Shown here: positions 1 through 15,145 of the stretch, piece after piece
Numbering within the stretch: the stretch's first letter is position 1
Layout: each line of letters starts with the position of its first letter
Assembly: GCF_037042905.1 (NCBI RefSeq)
Contig: NC_087245.1
Location: forward strand, 41,108,001 to 41,172,000
Direction of reading: 5' to 3'
Length of the DNA stretch: 64,000 bases
From: Lytechinus pictus
Taxonomy: Eukaryota
Program-made: the position numbers and the translations under genes
The notes under the pieces: generated by a model
Databases searched by the model: none
What the model was told of the DNA's origin: nothing
Seen by the model: only the letters and a program-made list of their open reading frames with translations

Positions 1-3000
1 TATCAACATCATCATAACCACCACTATCAACATCATCATAACCATCACTATCAACATCATAACCACCACCACTATCAACATCATCATAACCACCACTATC
101 AACATCATCATAATCACCACTATCAACATCATCATAACCACCACTATCAACATCATCATAACCACCACTATCAACATCATCATAACCACCACTATCAACA
201 TCATCATAACCACCACTATCAACATTATCATAACCACCACTATCAACATCATTATAACCACCACTATCAACATCATCATAACCACCACTATCATCATCAT
301 CATAACCACCACTATCAACATCATCATAACCACCACTATCAACATCATCATAACCACCACTATCATCATCATCATAACCACCACTATCATCACCATCATC
401 ACAACCATCAACATCATCATAACCACCACTATCAACATCATCATAACCACCACTATCGTCATCATCATAACCACCACTATCAACATCATCATAACCACCA
501 CTATCATCATCATCATAACCACCAATATCAACATCATCATAACCACCACTATCAACATCATCATAACCACCACTATCAACATCATCATAACCACCACTAT
601 CAACATCATCATAACCACCACTGTCAACATCATCATAACCACCACTATCAACATCATCATAACCACCACTGTCATCATCATCATAACCACCACTATCAAC
701 ATCATCATAACCACCACTATCATCATCATCATAACCACCACTATCAACATCATCATAACCACCACTATCAACATCATCATAACCACCACTATCAACATTA
801 TCATAACCACCACTATCAACATCATCATAACCACCACTATCAACATCATCATAACCACCACTATCAACATCATCATAACCACCACTATCAACATCATCAT
901 AACCACCACTATCAACATTATCATAACCACCACTATCAACATCATTATAACCACCACTATCAACATCATCATAACCACCACTATCATCATCATCATAACC
1001 ACCACTATCAACATCATCATAACCACCACTATCAACATTATCATAACCACCACTATCATCATCATAACCACCACTATCATCACCATCATCACAACCATCA
1101 ACATCATCATAACCACCACTATCAACATCATCATAACCAGCACTATCATCATCATCATAACCACCACTATCAACATCATCATAACCACCACTATCATCAT
1201 CATCATCATAACCACCACTATCAACATCATCATAACCACCACTATCAACATCATCATAACCACCACTATCAACATCATCATAACCACCACTATCATCATC
1301 ATCATAACCACCACTATCAACATCATCATAACCACCACTATCAACATCATCATAACCACCACTGTCAACATCATCATAACCACCACTATCAACATCATCA
1401 TAACCACCACTGTCATCATCATCATAACCACCACTATCAACATCATCATAACCACCACTATCATCATCATCATAACCACCACTATCAACATCATCATAAC
1501 CACCACTATCATCATCATCATAACCACCACTATCAACATCATCATAACCACCACTATCAACATCATCATAACCACCACTATCATCATCATCATAACCACC
1601 ACTATCAACATCATCATAACCACCACTATCAACATCATCATAACCACCACTATCATCATCATCATAACCACAACTATCAACATCATCATAACCACCACTA
1701 TCAACATCATCATAACCACCACTATCATCATCATCATAACCACCACTATCAACATCATCATAACCACCACTATCAACATCATCATAACCACCACTATCAA
1801 CATCATCATAACCACCACTATCAACATCATCATAACCACCACTATCAACATCATCATCACCACCACTATCAACATCATCATAACCACCACTATCAACATC
1901 ATCATCACCACCACTATCAACATCATCATAACCACCACTATCAACATCATCATAACCACCACTATCAACATCATAACCACCACTATCAACATCATCATAA
2001 CCACCACTATCAACATCATCATCACCACCACTATCATCATCATCATAACCACCACTATCAACATCATCATAACCACCACTATCAACATCATCATCACCAC
2101 CACTATCATCATCATAACCACCACTATCAACATCATCATAACCACCACTATCAACATCATCATAACCACCACTATCATCATCATAACCACCACTATCAAC
2201 ATCATCATAACCACCACTATCAACATCATCATAACCACCACTATCAACATCATCATAACCACAACTATCAACATCATCATAACCACCACTGTCAACATCA
2301 TCATAACCACCACTATCAACATCATCATAACCACCACTGTCATCATCATCATAACCACCACTATCAACATCATCATAACCACCACTATCATCATCATCAT
2401 AACCACCACTATCAACATCATCATAACCACCACTATCAACATCATCATAACCACCACTATCAACATTATCATAACCACCACTATCAACATCATCATAACC
2501 ACCACTATCAACATCATCATAACCACCACTATCAACATCATCATAACCACCACTATCAACATCATCATAACCACCACTATCAACATTATCATAACCACCA
2601 CTATCAACATCATTATAACCACCACTATCAACATCATCATAACCACCACTATCATCATCATCATAACCACCACTATCAACATCATCATAACCACCACTAT
2701 CAACATTATCATAACCACCACTATCATCATCATAACCACCACTATCATCACCATCATCACAACCATCAACATCATCATAACCACCACTATCAACATCATC
2801 ATAACCACCACTATCATCATCATCATAACCACCACTATCAACATCATCATAACCACCACTATCATCATCATCATAACCACCACTATCAACATCATCATAA
2901 CCACCACTATCAACATCATCATAACCACCACTATCAACATCATCATAACCACCACTATCATCATCATCATAACCACCACTATCAACATCATCATAACCAC

Positions 3001-4530
3001 CACTATCAACATCATCATAACCACCACTGTCAACATCATCATAACCACCACTATCAACATCATCATAACCACCACTGTCATCATCATCATAACCACCACT
3101 ATCAACATCATCATAACCACCACTATCATCATCATCATAACCACCACTATCAACATCATCATAACCACCACTATCAACATCATCATAACCACCACTGTCA
3201 ACATCATCATAACCACCACTATCAACATCATCATAACCACCACTGTCAACATCATCATAACCACCACTATCAACATCATCATAACCACCACTGTCATCAT
3301 CATCATAACCACCACTATCAACATCATCATAACCACCACTATCATCATCATCATAACCACCACTATCAACATCATCATAACCACCACTATCATCATCATC
3401 ATAACCACCACTATCAACATCATCACAACCACCACTATCAACATCATCATAACCACCACTATCATCATCATCATAACCACCACTATCAACATCATCATAA
3501 CCACCACTATCAACATCATCATAACCACCACTATCATCATCATCATAACCACCACTATCAACATCATCATAACCACCACTATCAACATCATCATAACCAC
3601 CACTATCATCATCATCATAACCACCACTATCAACATCATCATAACCACCACTATCAACATCATCATAACCACCACTATCAACATCATCATAACCACCACT
3701 ATCAACATCATCATAACCACCACTATCAACATCATCATCACCACCACTATCAACATCATCATAACCACCACTATCAACATCATCATCACCACCACTATCA
3801 ACATCATCATAACCACCACTATCAACATCATCATAACCACCACTATCAACATCATAACCACCACTATCAACATCATCATAACCACCACTATCAACATCAT
3901 CATCACCACCACTATCATCATCATCATAACCACCACTATCAACATCATCATAACCACCACTATCAACATCATCATCACCACCACTATCATCATCATAACC
4001 ACCACTATCAACATCATCATAACCACCACTATCAACATCATCATAACCACCACTATCATCATCATAACCACCACTATCAACATCATCATAACCACCACTA
4101 TCAACATCATCATAACCACCACTATCAACATCATCATAACCACCACTATCAACATCATCATAACCACCACTATCAACATCATCATAACCACCACTATCAA
4201 CATCATTATAACCACCACTATCAACATCATCATAACCACCACTATCAACATCATCATAACCACTACTATCAACATCATTATAACCACCACTATCAACATC
4301 ATCATAACCACCACTATCAACATCATCATAACCACCACTATCAACATCATCATAACCACCACTATCAACATCATCATAACCACCACTATCAACATCATCA
4401 TAACCACCACCACTATCAACATCATCATAACCACCACTATCAACATCATCATAACCACCACTATCAACATCATCATAACCACCACTATCAACATCATCAC
4501 CACTACAACTACCACTATCATCATGATCAT
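1..4530. repeat. Tandem satellite, 24-bp consensus ATCAACATCATCATAACCACCACT (~185 copies, continues beyond window start)
   Basis: Directly visible tandem array. Variants are point changes or 3-nt indels. Confidence 0.98.
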
Positions 4531-5182
4531 CTGTGTTTCAAACATAATAAAATCAACCTTGTCATGGGAAAACACAACCAATAAACATGAAGTTCAATTT
4601 AGTACTCTGTATTTATTTTACTCTTTGAATAATGATAATATCAATCTCATTAGAAAATATCATAGGTTAACATTTCTATTTACATTTTATATTAAATGTA
4701 CAAATTGTTATTCACAAATCGATGTGCAATAATTATCAAAGATGACATGTTTCCACTGATTCAATATATCAAGAAAAAGCCTTCTCATGAACGAGTTTCT
4801 TTTTCAAAATTGTTCACTTAAAAAAGGTATAAAATACAAAGGACTTAGAAAGTGGCCACATAAGGACCTTGGTAAAGTACACTTCCTCTTTTACCTTTGG
4901 GACATTTATCCACTTGAAATGAAAATAATTATTAGTAGATTACCATTCAAGTACACATAGACAAAGCATGGTTTACATGAAATAATGAATTTTGAATTAG
5001 GAGTACATATATGTAAAATCATTGCACAATAATATGCTATAACCATGGACCTAGTAGGCCCAAGCTATAATACAGTATATCAGTTTTGATTCATAAGTTA
5101 TAACCTCCCTCACCCCTGCCATTATGTTGGAAATGGCAATTAATGAAATGAAATAAAATAAAATTTGTAATGTAAAAAAAAA

Positions 5183-5540
5183 AAGTTGAGAAAAGAGGGA
5201 GTGATTGAGAAAGAGAAATGGAAAAATAATTGTGTGTACATAAAATCTACATAACTAAATGATAGAGAAAAAGAAATCAAAATAAAATCAAATTTTAAAC
5301 ATAATTTTCAACACACTATACAGTATATCAACAAGAATGTTAATACTTGGAGAGGAATGGGGGGGTGTGGGGGTGGGGGGGGGGTGTAGATGTATATACG
5401 TGTGTACACAGTCTGCATGTGTGGATTGGGAGACATCCCCCCCAAAAAAAAAAAAGAGTTGAGAAAAGAGGGAGTGATTGAGAGAGAGAAATGGAAAAAT
5501 AATTGTGTATACATAAAATCTACATAACTAAATGATAGAG
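5183..5540. repeat. ~85-bp direct duplication (5183-5268 and 5456-5540) in a GA-rich low-complexity region
   Basis: agttgagaaaagagggagtgattgaga...aaatctacataactaaatgatagaga occurs twice. Confidence 0.8.
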
Positions 5541-8440
5541 AGAGAAAGAGAAAAAGAAACATATACTGTTTGTATACATAAAAGTTGTATAAAATCAACA
5601 TAACTAAATGAGAGATAGGTAGAGAGAGAGAGAGGGGGGAGAAAGAGATAGGAAAGGTGAATGAGAGAAAGAAAGGGAGAGAGTGAGTGAGGGGGGGGGG
5701 GGTAAAAATAAACAGGGTAAAGAAATGGGCGGAGATGAGGAAGAATGGTCGATTGATAAAACAGAACATATCCCGATAGAAGACAAAAGACAACTAAATA
5801 AATCAGAATGATTTTCACAAGGAAAAAAAAAAGATGCGATAGGAGAAGAGAATAATTATCTCTAAACATTATACCCTACTCTTGGAATGATTGAATTGCA
5901 ATGAGTAAGAAACAGGAAACAAAATATGAAGCAAAAAACACACACACACACAATATATGAGAATATCCACATAAATGAGAATGATTTCATTGTCCTATAT
6001 ATACAGAAATATCCTTCAATGATTGTATTGCATTATTATATTATCCATAATAAATAATGCCTATGTGATATTCATAGGCCTATAATGCCAATTATTTTTC
6101 ATTTCTTTTTTTTGTCTTCATATCATAGAGCCATTTCATTGTCATTGGTGGTATTTAGAAATATAAATATGAATCATATTGCAAATTGATCATATGTGAT
6201 TGATGCTTGCTGCACCCTACAGTAATACCCCTTTCATAAACCCAATAAAACCTATCCTCCAATTAGCCGCCTAAGAGTAATGCGGATAATAATCTCTTCA
6301 GTTCATGTAGTCAAAAAGCGACATCACTATTCTTTTTTAATAAATAGGCACTATTAAATGGGTCACTCTGTAAATTTGTATTAGTTATCATATATTCATC
6401 AACATTACTGGTGGTCCAGCAAAGTACATACTGACATTAAGAAAAGTTAAACATGTTTCAAAATAAACATTACACATCAAACAATCGTCTCTGATTTTTG
6501 GTGTAGGATTTCAGATGCACTTAAACTTTCTAGAGCAATTGAAACAATGTTCATCAGCTTTGCTTGGATAAGATAGCTTTATGTACAGAGGATATGTACC
6601 AGTGATTGTGTGTCACATGTCTCTCGTCTTGGTCTCTTTCTTAAAGGGAGAGGTGTCATGTCTCAGAGGCCTAAACGTCAGTGAGATACTGAAAAAAAGC
6701 TCAATTTTGACAAGTTAATCTTGGTAGTTTAACGAAAATTTTCTTTGCTGGGTCTTGAGTTGCCCCGGGGACCTCGACACGACGTGTTCGGGCTGCCGCA
6801 GTACGGTCTTGAGATGCATCTCAGTCTTATGGAATGTTGACTTGCAATCAATTGCAGGTAAATTTTGGTCTCAATATCATAGCAAATTTGCATTCAATTA
6901 AAGGTTTGTTTCTTTAAACAAGAATCACAATGTGATTTGCTTATCTGTAGTTGAAATGACTCTATCAATTTTACATTTGAAAAATAGGTTTGCAGTTACA
7001 TGTTCAAGTTCAAGTTTTATTTTTATTTCCATTATCAACATTATAAACAAATACAAATCAAACATACATCATAAATATAAACAAATACAAATGAAATATG
7101 ATAACAATAATTACAAATCACCTACGAATTCCAAAACGTTTGCAATATAACAAAATCATATATGGAAATGAGGGGATCCACTAAAAGATTGCTTGTAGAG
7201 TGTAGATCCCCTAAGATGATATCAAACAATGGAAAATTTGGGACTCACTCGCAAGTGTAGGCGTAAGAAAATGCAATAAGTTGAAATATGATAATGGGAG
7301 TAATAATAAGATGACGAGTAATAGCAAGAAATAATAATTGTCTTGGGACGTAATTGTCTTGGGATCATCAATTGTACTCAATTATAGGTGTGCTTTTGAT
7401 TTTGAAACAAGAATTACAAATTGATTTGCTTATCAGTTTTCAAATGACTGTCTTGGGGGATCATACGTGTAGTTTGGTCCTGGTCTCTCTCTCTCTAGTC
7501 CAAGACCTTCTTAGTCTTGGACCTAGCACTGACATTCACATCTCTGTGTAGCTAAATTGCATCCTGTCCATAATTGTTTGCCTACTGTAATTACAACTGA
7601 CAAAATGTCAGAAAAACCATAACTCATTGTGACATCATTTTGTAAATATATCTTTTAACAAAGCATGATTTGACAAGAAAAAAAAAATCAGGTCCCTTGT
7701 TAAAAACAAAAAATCAAAGAAATGATCACCAAAAATGAGTGAAATAAGGACTTAATATATATGATGTGAGCTATAGGCCTACCAATATGACATGAAAACG
7801 CACACACACACACACATACACACAACAGTGAATACATGTAAGCATGGATTAGGAGATGAAATGGAAGAGCTTCCAATACTAGTAATTAAAAAACAAAATC
7901 TCTGTATCTATTTGCTAATTTTTTTCTCTCACCTCTTCATTAGAGACTGTGCCCTTAGCCCTTTCCAAATTTCCTGACATTCTACTTTCAAGAGTAAAAA
8001 AATATGACTCCTTGATCACGGTACACTGCAAAAATGGTGTTTATAATTCATACATTGTTTACTAAAAGAACCTATGTCAGCAGTTGCTTAACAGCTTAAC
8101 CCATGCTTAATTCATTTTAGAATTCCGTATTAAAAATTAAACTTTATTGTTTAAGATTTTAAACACCTGTTTTAACTGTTTAAACAAAAACTGGAAGGCT
8201 CACAGTGTAGACAGCATTCTATGAAATTCTCAGCAAGCGTTTTAATGTGTACAATTTCTTCAATGAATGAGAGTTGAACATTTACTGGAATTCAAACCAA
8301 GATCAAATTCAATTTCAGTTCAGTGCTGTGTTAATGAAAATAAATTGATCCCTCATCGAAACCAAAAGGTCAATACCAAACCCATTATGGGCAGGCAAGA
8401 GATAATGATAAAATCAGTACAAAAGACGTTTAGAGACCTG

Positions 8441-8831
8441 GGCTGGTATTCAACTAAATAAGTGATTAAGTAGTTTACTTTGACTTTCACTTGGCTATTA
8501 AAGCAAAATGCTTAAAGTCGCATTCAGATCTCATCTAAGTATTTTACTTTATCAAGCCATATTTAAGCAAAATACTTACTAATGACCATAAAGTTTAAGC
8601 AAGAAAATGTGCAATGTATGCAATCCATCTATCCATCTTTCCAGTATGTATAACTGCACTTTTGTAAACTTGCACGCAAGCCAGGCTTAAGCCAGGAAGG
8701 TGGCTGACTTAGACCTAAGCAAAATACTTAGCCCACAAATATAATTGAATACGAAAGAAGAATAAGCATTTTACTTAAGAAAAAGCAAAATACTTCAAAT
8801 TCCTGCTAAAGTTTTGAATTGAATAATGGCC
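8441..8831. mobile_element. MITE, PIF/Harbinger-like
   Basis: Imperfect TIRs GGCTGGTATTCAA / TTGAATAATGGCC, with CTG on both flanks. Confidence 0.55.
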
Positions 8832-9401
8832 CTGGACATTGCCAGTGTAGTATTAAGCAACATATGATTATAAAAGCAGAATTTTGATCTTAACCATGCT
8901 GGCGTACAAAAATGAGCATGATGTTGTGTATCACATGTGTCTCTAAATTCTCCACTAGAATTGGTCAAGGACTATTCTATGTTAAATCATTTCAACATGA
9001 AAAAAAGTCCTTTTACAAAACCTATGGGGATTGCATAATTCAGTAGTCAAATTGTCAATATCATCAATATTTTCAAAAGATTAGCTCAGACTTCATGATT
9101 AATATAAGTATTGAGAAAAATATTTTCAATGGACATTTTCAATATGAAGTATGAATTTATTAGACCTATTCAACTACAGCTTACTATGTTTTCACAATTT
9201 GTAGTAAAATAATATATTAAAAAACAAAGTCAATACGGAAATAAAATCTACAATAACATGTAATACAATATTAAAAATTGACTGGATAACTGGTTCTATC
9301 ATTTGCATAACAACCAGGATGTGCAACTTTTTTGTGAATTAAAGCAACGCTTTATTCATGACTTATTTTGTGTCTGATTTAGCTGAAATTTTCAGTGTTA
9401 A

Positions 9402-10108
9402 CCCTCAAAGGACTGGGGGGGGGGCATGGTGGCCTCCCCATCAACGTTTTGCGCAATATTTCCGGAACGCAAAAAGATAGCGACATACGAGTATAGCATA
9501 ACGACGCCACATGACTTTTTACAAGACAATATCATGCCGAAAATGACTAATTTCTATACTTTGTGCACAAAGTCTATGGGAGATGAAATTCATAAAAGGG
9601 TGATTATTTTTCATTCTTATTGGTCTGCTTAATTAATTTAGGGTTTGATTTAGTTGCTACATGGTCTTTAACAATTTCTATTGAAAAAAACAAAGAAAAA
9701 CAAAAGATGAAAAATCAAAGGAATACATATATAAGAAATTCTAAAAACAATGAAATACATGAGGAAAAATTTGGCTTTGGCAATATTTCTTTGTGAAAAA
9801 CCTTTAAATTTGATCGCAAAGACGACATCTGGAAAACAAAATGAAAATTTGAAGTGAAATTGGGTGTTAAATAGGCAAATAATGTTTTTCATGAATAAAT
9901 TTGCATATTTTATTCATAATAAAAAAAATATTTATTGTTGGAATTTTGTTTAAATACTGGCTTAGTGGCTTGTACATGTAGTATATTTGGTAAAGAACGT
10001 GCGTGCCAAATTTCAGCGCAATCGGCGACCGAAATCAGAAGGGGGGCCATCATGCCCCCCCCCCCCCTCAGTCCTCAATACATCTCATATAGCCCAGTCC
10101 TTTTAAGG
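9402..10108. mobile_element. piggyBac-like non-autonomous element
   Basis: TTAA on both flanks; TIRs CCCTCAAAGGACTGGG / CCCAGTCCTTTTAAGG. A related copy lies in reverse at ~31160-31880. Confidence 0.7.
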
Positions 10109-10880
10109 TTAAGCTGTGATCTTTTTTTTTTTATCAACTTTTTGTTTGGATGGACCTCCCCTTTAATAGATGGTAAGAGGCTGCAAAGCATATTGTTTTC
10201 ATTTGAGTGATGAGCTTTGTATGCATATAAATGATTTGTATGAATATTTCTGAAAAAAAACTTTCAATTGGGGCCCAGCAACATTGTCAAGTGGATGATT
10301 TTTATGATATACAATTACTTATTCACAGACTCTCACACACAAGTTCATCGTAACTGTGGAAAAATATGAAGCATTTAGAGAAGACAGGATCTTCGATTAT
10401 AAACGATCAATCAAAAACGCAACCTCTATTAATTAATACTGTGATATCATAATTTGACAACACAATTTTCATGCAAAATAGCATACACTGAACAATAATC
10501 TCTGATTATAAACCAGAAATGCATTTTCATATTAAAACAAATGATTTTATGTTTCTATCATCTACGCATAAAATCACTATGTTAATTCTGTTTTGGCTTA
10601 TTTGGCGGAGGACCTCGTCACATGATAGTGATGAAAAACGAACGGAATGTTAATGAAACGTCATTGATAGACAACGAGACAGAGACAATCACAATGAATT
10701 TGTGAACAATATAAAAAACTGGATGAATATAACATTATAAAAGGGGGTTTGTGCCACCAGCAGAAAATGTGTTGCGGTGTTTATATATAGCCTTAGAGTA
10801 CAGTGGGGAAACCATTAAAAAAAAAATCCAAGCCTTTCTCACAATTGCTCAATTAGCAAAGAACACAAAATACATTGCAC

Positions 10881-11336
10881 AATAGACCAGTTCGTAGTTA
10901 CTTCATGGACAATTTTGGTCAAATGACCTTTCATTTCTTTCATTATGATAGGCAGATTTCAAAGCAAGATATTACGTAAGCTTGCCTCACAAAGCAGGAT
11001 GAAGAAATTGAATAGACCACGTGACTAGAATAGCACACCAATGAACACTTTACGAAGGTATTTGTTGCATTCCTACTTTGAATGCATATCATAGCATGTT
11101 GCACAATGTACTTGGCAATCTGTGAAATACCAGTCATTCGTGGACGCATTGTTGTTTTTTGTGGATGTAAATGAAAACCACAATTCAAATGAATATATGA
11201 ATAATCAAGACATCAAAGTTGGTGCTTATCTCATTAGATTTTAAACCACCATGTCACTTTAGTACAAATGACCTTCCTCTGATCATGCGTAGAATCTTTT
11301 GATCATGCGCAGAAAGGAACTACGAACTGGCTTATT
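10881..11336. mobile_element. MITE with ~19-bp TIRs (superfamily unassigned)
   Basis: AATAGACCAGTTCGTAGTT ... AACTACGAACTGGCTTATT. Confidence 0.7.
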
Positions 11337-13371
11337 GAGAAGTGAACACTTCACCCCAAGTGATATTCTTTCTAATCATCAATGATTACTGACATCATTT
11401 GAAGTGTGACTGAGATTTGACCTTGATACACTTCTCTCTCAATGACATAAAGACCTTGAAAGTGTTCCATCAACATTCGCCAAAATCATTAGCTGAGGCA
11501 TATGACTGTTACTATTGTAACCGTTGGATAAAAGAGACTTATGAAATGCTGTCCTGGTGAGTGCTTACTGATTTTTAGATCCCAGCTTTCCCTTTAAAGG
11601 GTTCAACTCCGGTGTACATGCTATTTAAATCACACAACTACCTTCCTTCCTTCCTTCTCTCACTATAAATGTGCAGCTCGCACATGAAATCAATTTCATG
11701 TTTTGTTTTCCTTCTTTTATTTTCCTTGAACAGGAATGAATTGAATTAAGAGGAAGTTTAGTTGTGTGCAGTTCAGGGGTAGTCTCCAAGCACAGGCTCA
11801 CATTTGACACTTTCACCAATCATACCATGTCTAGAGTGAAGACTACATGTAAACACCGAGCTCTCCGTCTGTGTCAAACAACAGCCCGCCACAGTACATA
11901 CTTGAATGTAGTCTCACCACTTCAGACTCTGCATTATGCACTATGCAAATCGTGAAAACCAAAGGGTCTGTGCCAGCAGACTGGTTCAGGGGAGTGGTTT
12001 CATGAAGCAAACATTTTTTTTACTTACTATCTTGTTCTGAGCCAATCATACGCAAGGATTCGCAGTAGCTTTTAACAATCAATAGTCAGTGAAAATCTCA
12101 GACTACCGGTATTTGTTTAATATATGTACATCTGTTATCAAGGGCAGACTCCATTCTACTGTTACAAACTACTGAAATCTGTCCCATATTTCTAGCTTTT
12201 GTGATTTGAATTGAGACTGAATTGAAGCCTTATTACTAAACAAGGCCAATATTACCCAAAGCTGTGCTCAGCCTTAAAAACCATTGCAAGCCATTTACTG
12301 CACAAGTACCTTGGTCAATGTTATTAGCTGACTACTAAATGACTTAACTATGGTATAAATTAATGGGGTGGGGTCAGTTTTACCCCCCCCCCTCGCTTAC
12401 CGTAACTGATGTGAACTTATCGTTTCATTACTTGTTTGTTTCAAGTCACAAGCATCTATTGGTACCAAGCTTAAGATAATTGGATGAAAGGTCGCAAGGT
12501 CATGGCTCATTTTGTAATTCACATGTCAATTAGAAAAAGCCCCTGTATTTCACAAATTTGTGTACAAATTAATGGAAAATACTGATTTTCATAAATTGCA
12601 GAAGACACTGTTAACTTAGACTGCTAAGCAATTTGAAATTGCATAAGATAAAAAAATGCATGAATTTCTTCATGCATTGCATGATCTATCCACCATCTTA
12701 GTTCTTGTGAAGACCTGTATCATATAATCTTTCCCTCCCTGCCTCACAGCTTCATGCAACATTTAAACACGCTAGTCTAGAAGACGATCCTGCATAAATG
12801 ATACCATACTGGAGGCAACTTTACCATCAATTTCCTTGGAAACCCTGCATGATAGTGGCTGTGTTGTGACGTTACCACGGTATCCGATGTTGATGATAAA
12901 GTTACCCTCAATAACAAGTTATGTGAAAGATTGTCTTGGGTCAGATTCTCTCAAACTATTCATCACTATTCAAGAAATAGTCTGGGAGCCCGCGACATCA
13001 TGACTCGCCGCTCTCAACCCATGATATTAGACTACTGAAATGTGTTCAGACTATGACTGGGAGTCAGACAATGGGTGTCAGCTGGGGGGGGGGTGAGCCT
13101 TTGGTAGGGTTTGGCCCCAGGCCCCCTCAAAATCACCCCTTGAAAGTTACAATTTGAATACCCCATTCCAAGTTGCTTCTGTCCATGGGTTGAATTTCAA
13201 CCCCTGGACAGAAGCAAGTTTATAATGATAGTAGTCTAGCTAGGTATGAATTATGAAAAATATAAAAGCTGACGGGCTAGGTGACTGGAAATGGGCAGCT
13301 GACGCCCCTCCGTCGATACATTTTACCCAACAAAGCCCATGGACTTATGTAAGTTAATATGATAGTAGTCT

Positions 13372-14170
13372 AGGACCCTGTCTTACAAAGACTTACGATC
13401 AATCTGATCAACGTCAAGTATAACACAAAGATAAAGATTTGAAAGAGCAATTCTGATTGGTTCCTAGTCAATCTACTGTGCAAAATGTGCATGCAACCAG
13501 TTCTTGATATGCAATATCATTTAGCGATTGATCGCTAAACTCTTTGTTACTGGGCCCAGGTTTCACTACAAAATAAACCAAACCTAATAGTGGCCACTAG
13601 TATAGAAGAAAAATCACACCAAAATGTTTTTGGTTGTTGGTTTCCTTGATTATTTTCCCCACGGGAGAATGCTACACAAGCATGTTCATTGTAAAGACCT
13701 TTTTTTTTAATTCTCTCTTGGGTGGTCATTGAATGTACGTTTCTTGGCAATAACATTCCACAGTTAAAATGTCATAGTGGGTGCAAAAAGCAAATATTTG
13801 CAATCAATTGCAAATCTGTGATGCAAATTTACAATTGATATCGATTCAATTGTAACCAGAGCAAATTGATTTTAACTGCTTGTTGCAAGAAGCAGCCCTG
13901 GGCAAAGAGTCTTACAAAGACTTACGATTGATCCAATCAATTGTAACTATGGAAATCCATCATTGTCATAATTTTTTCTACAGGATATTTGAACAATGTT
14001 CATTGTAAACAAAGAGAAGCACAGTGAATTTTCAAGAAAACAAAGAATGCATGAATATACATCGTAGATAGAAAATATTTTGAACAAACATGTATAGTAG
14101 ATGTTGACATTGCTGGCCGTCCATAGCTGTGATTGATCGGATCAATCGCAACTCTTTGTAAGATGAGACC
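13372..14170. mobile_element. Two degenerate copies of the ~270-bp Harbinger-like MITE family (13372-13557 and ~13901-14170)
   Basis: Share the gtcttacaaaga.ttacgat...caactctttgtaaga TIRs with the copies at 20637, 29855 and 43655. Confidence 0.7.
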
Positions 14171-15061
14171 AAGCATTCAAGTGCAAATTTGCAATTGCTT
14201 GCCAGACTTATGATTGTTTTTTTTACTCGAAAATTTATTTTTGCAAGTTTCTTGGAATGTCCCATTGCATAGTTTAGTCTGCACGATTTGCCCGTGCAAT
14301 ATCACAGCATATAGCACGCTGCACAGAAATCTGACATATTCCCCATAGGCTCATGTACAAAGCTTGTTGTGCAATATCATGCCATATTGCATGGTCTAAC
14401 GAATAATGGTCATAAGAAAATAATCACTTTATTGAATGGCTTTTCTTCATGGGATATCAGAGATATTCCTCTTGTGAGGGCCGATATTGTCATCGACGAT
14501 TTGTGCAATATTCCCCAACTCATGAAATATTTCTGTTATTCAATTCTTGACTATGCAATATAAAATCTGCTACTTCTCGCACTCTCGATATCCAATGCAC
14601 CTGCCACACTTCTATACAAGAAGACGGGTCAGAATCCAAGTGCATTTATTATTCTGATTTCATTCCCAATAGACGATGCCTCTCTTTTGAGTGCCCTGTT
14701 ACCAAGACAGACCTTATTCATTGATGGACTGCGCCGCTATCTTAGAGGCTGAAGCCATTGCCTTTTATGTATTGGTAATCAGAAGCTGGCCCTTCTCTGA
14801 CAACTCCATTTACACACATTCCTATATCCTCTGAGGGAGGGCGCTATGAGATGATGATGTCATATGCATAAGGTCTACTAATATCTGAATATATTACCAC
14901 TGATAGTCGATGAAAAATTCCAGTAAATATCTTGTCTGATTACAAAAAAAACAGTGGATCACTGCTGACTTACAAGTATCCTAATCTTGATGCAAATAAT
15001 TGGTACTGTCCCAGATACATGTAGATGAGTAGTTGTGCTGTTCGCTAGGAAAGACAGTCGG

Positions 15062-15145
15062 TTAGTCGACCCCTTTCAGTTGCTGTAAGGCGGCATGTAT
15101 CCTAACACTCAGCCTCTGCTCAAAGTCATAGTCTTTGTAACCGTC
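15062..15145 (-). CDS. TTC39C: TTC39C last coding exon (DGYKDYDFEQRLSVRIHAALQQLKGVD*)
   Basis: Acceptor TCTTTAG; TAA at 15064-15062; conserved YDFE.RL..RIHAAL C-terminus. Confidence 0.93.
   Translation of the reverse strand, partial: DGYKDYDFEQRLSVRIHAALQQLKGVD

Noticed and set aside
5308..5869. Overlapping 60-161-aa ORFs rich in F/L/S/P
   Set aside because: Translations of GA/CT low-complexity sequence and poly-G runs, with no domain motifs.
4600..15000. Additional coding exons downstream of TTC39C
   Set aside because: Short ORFs there lack recognisable motifs or consistent splice phases; likely 3' UTR or intergenic sequence with repeats.
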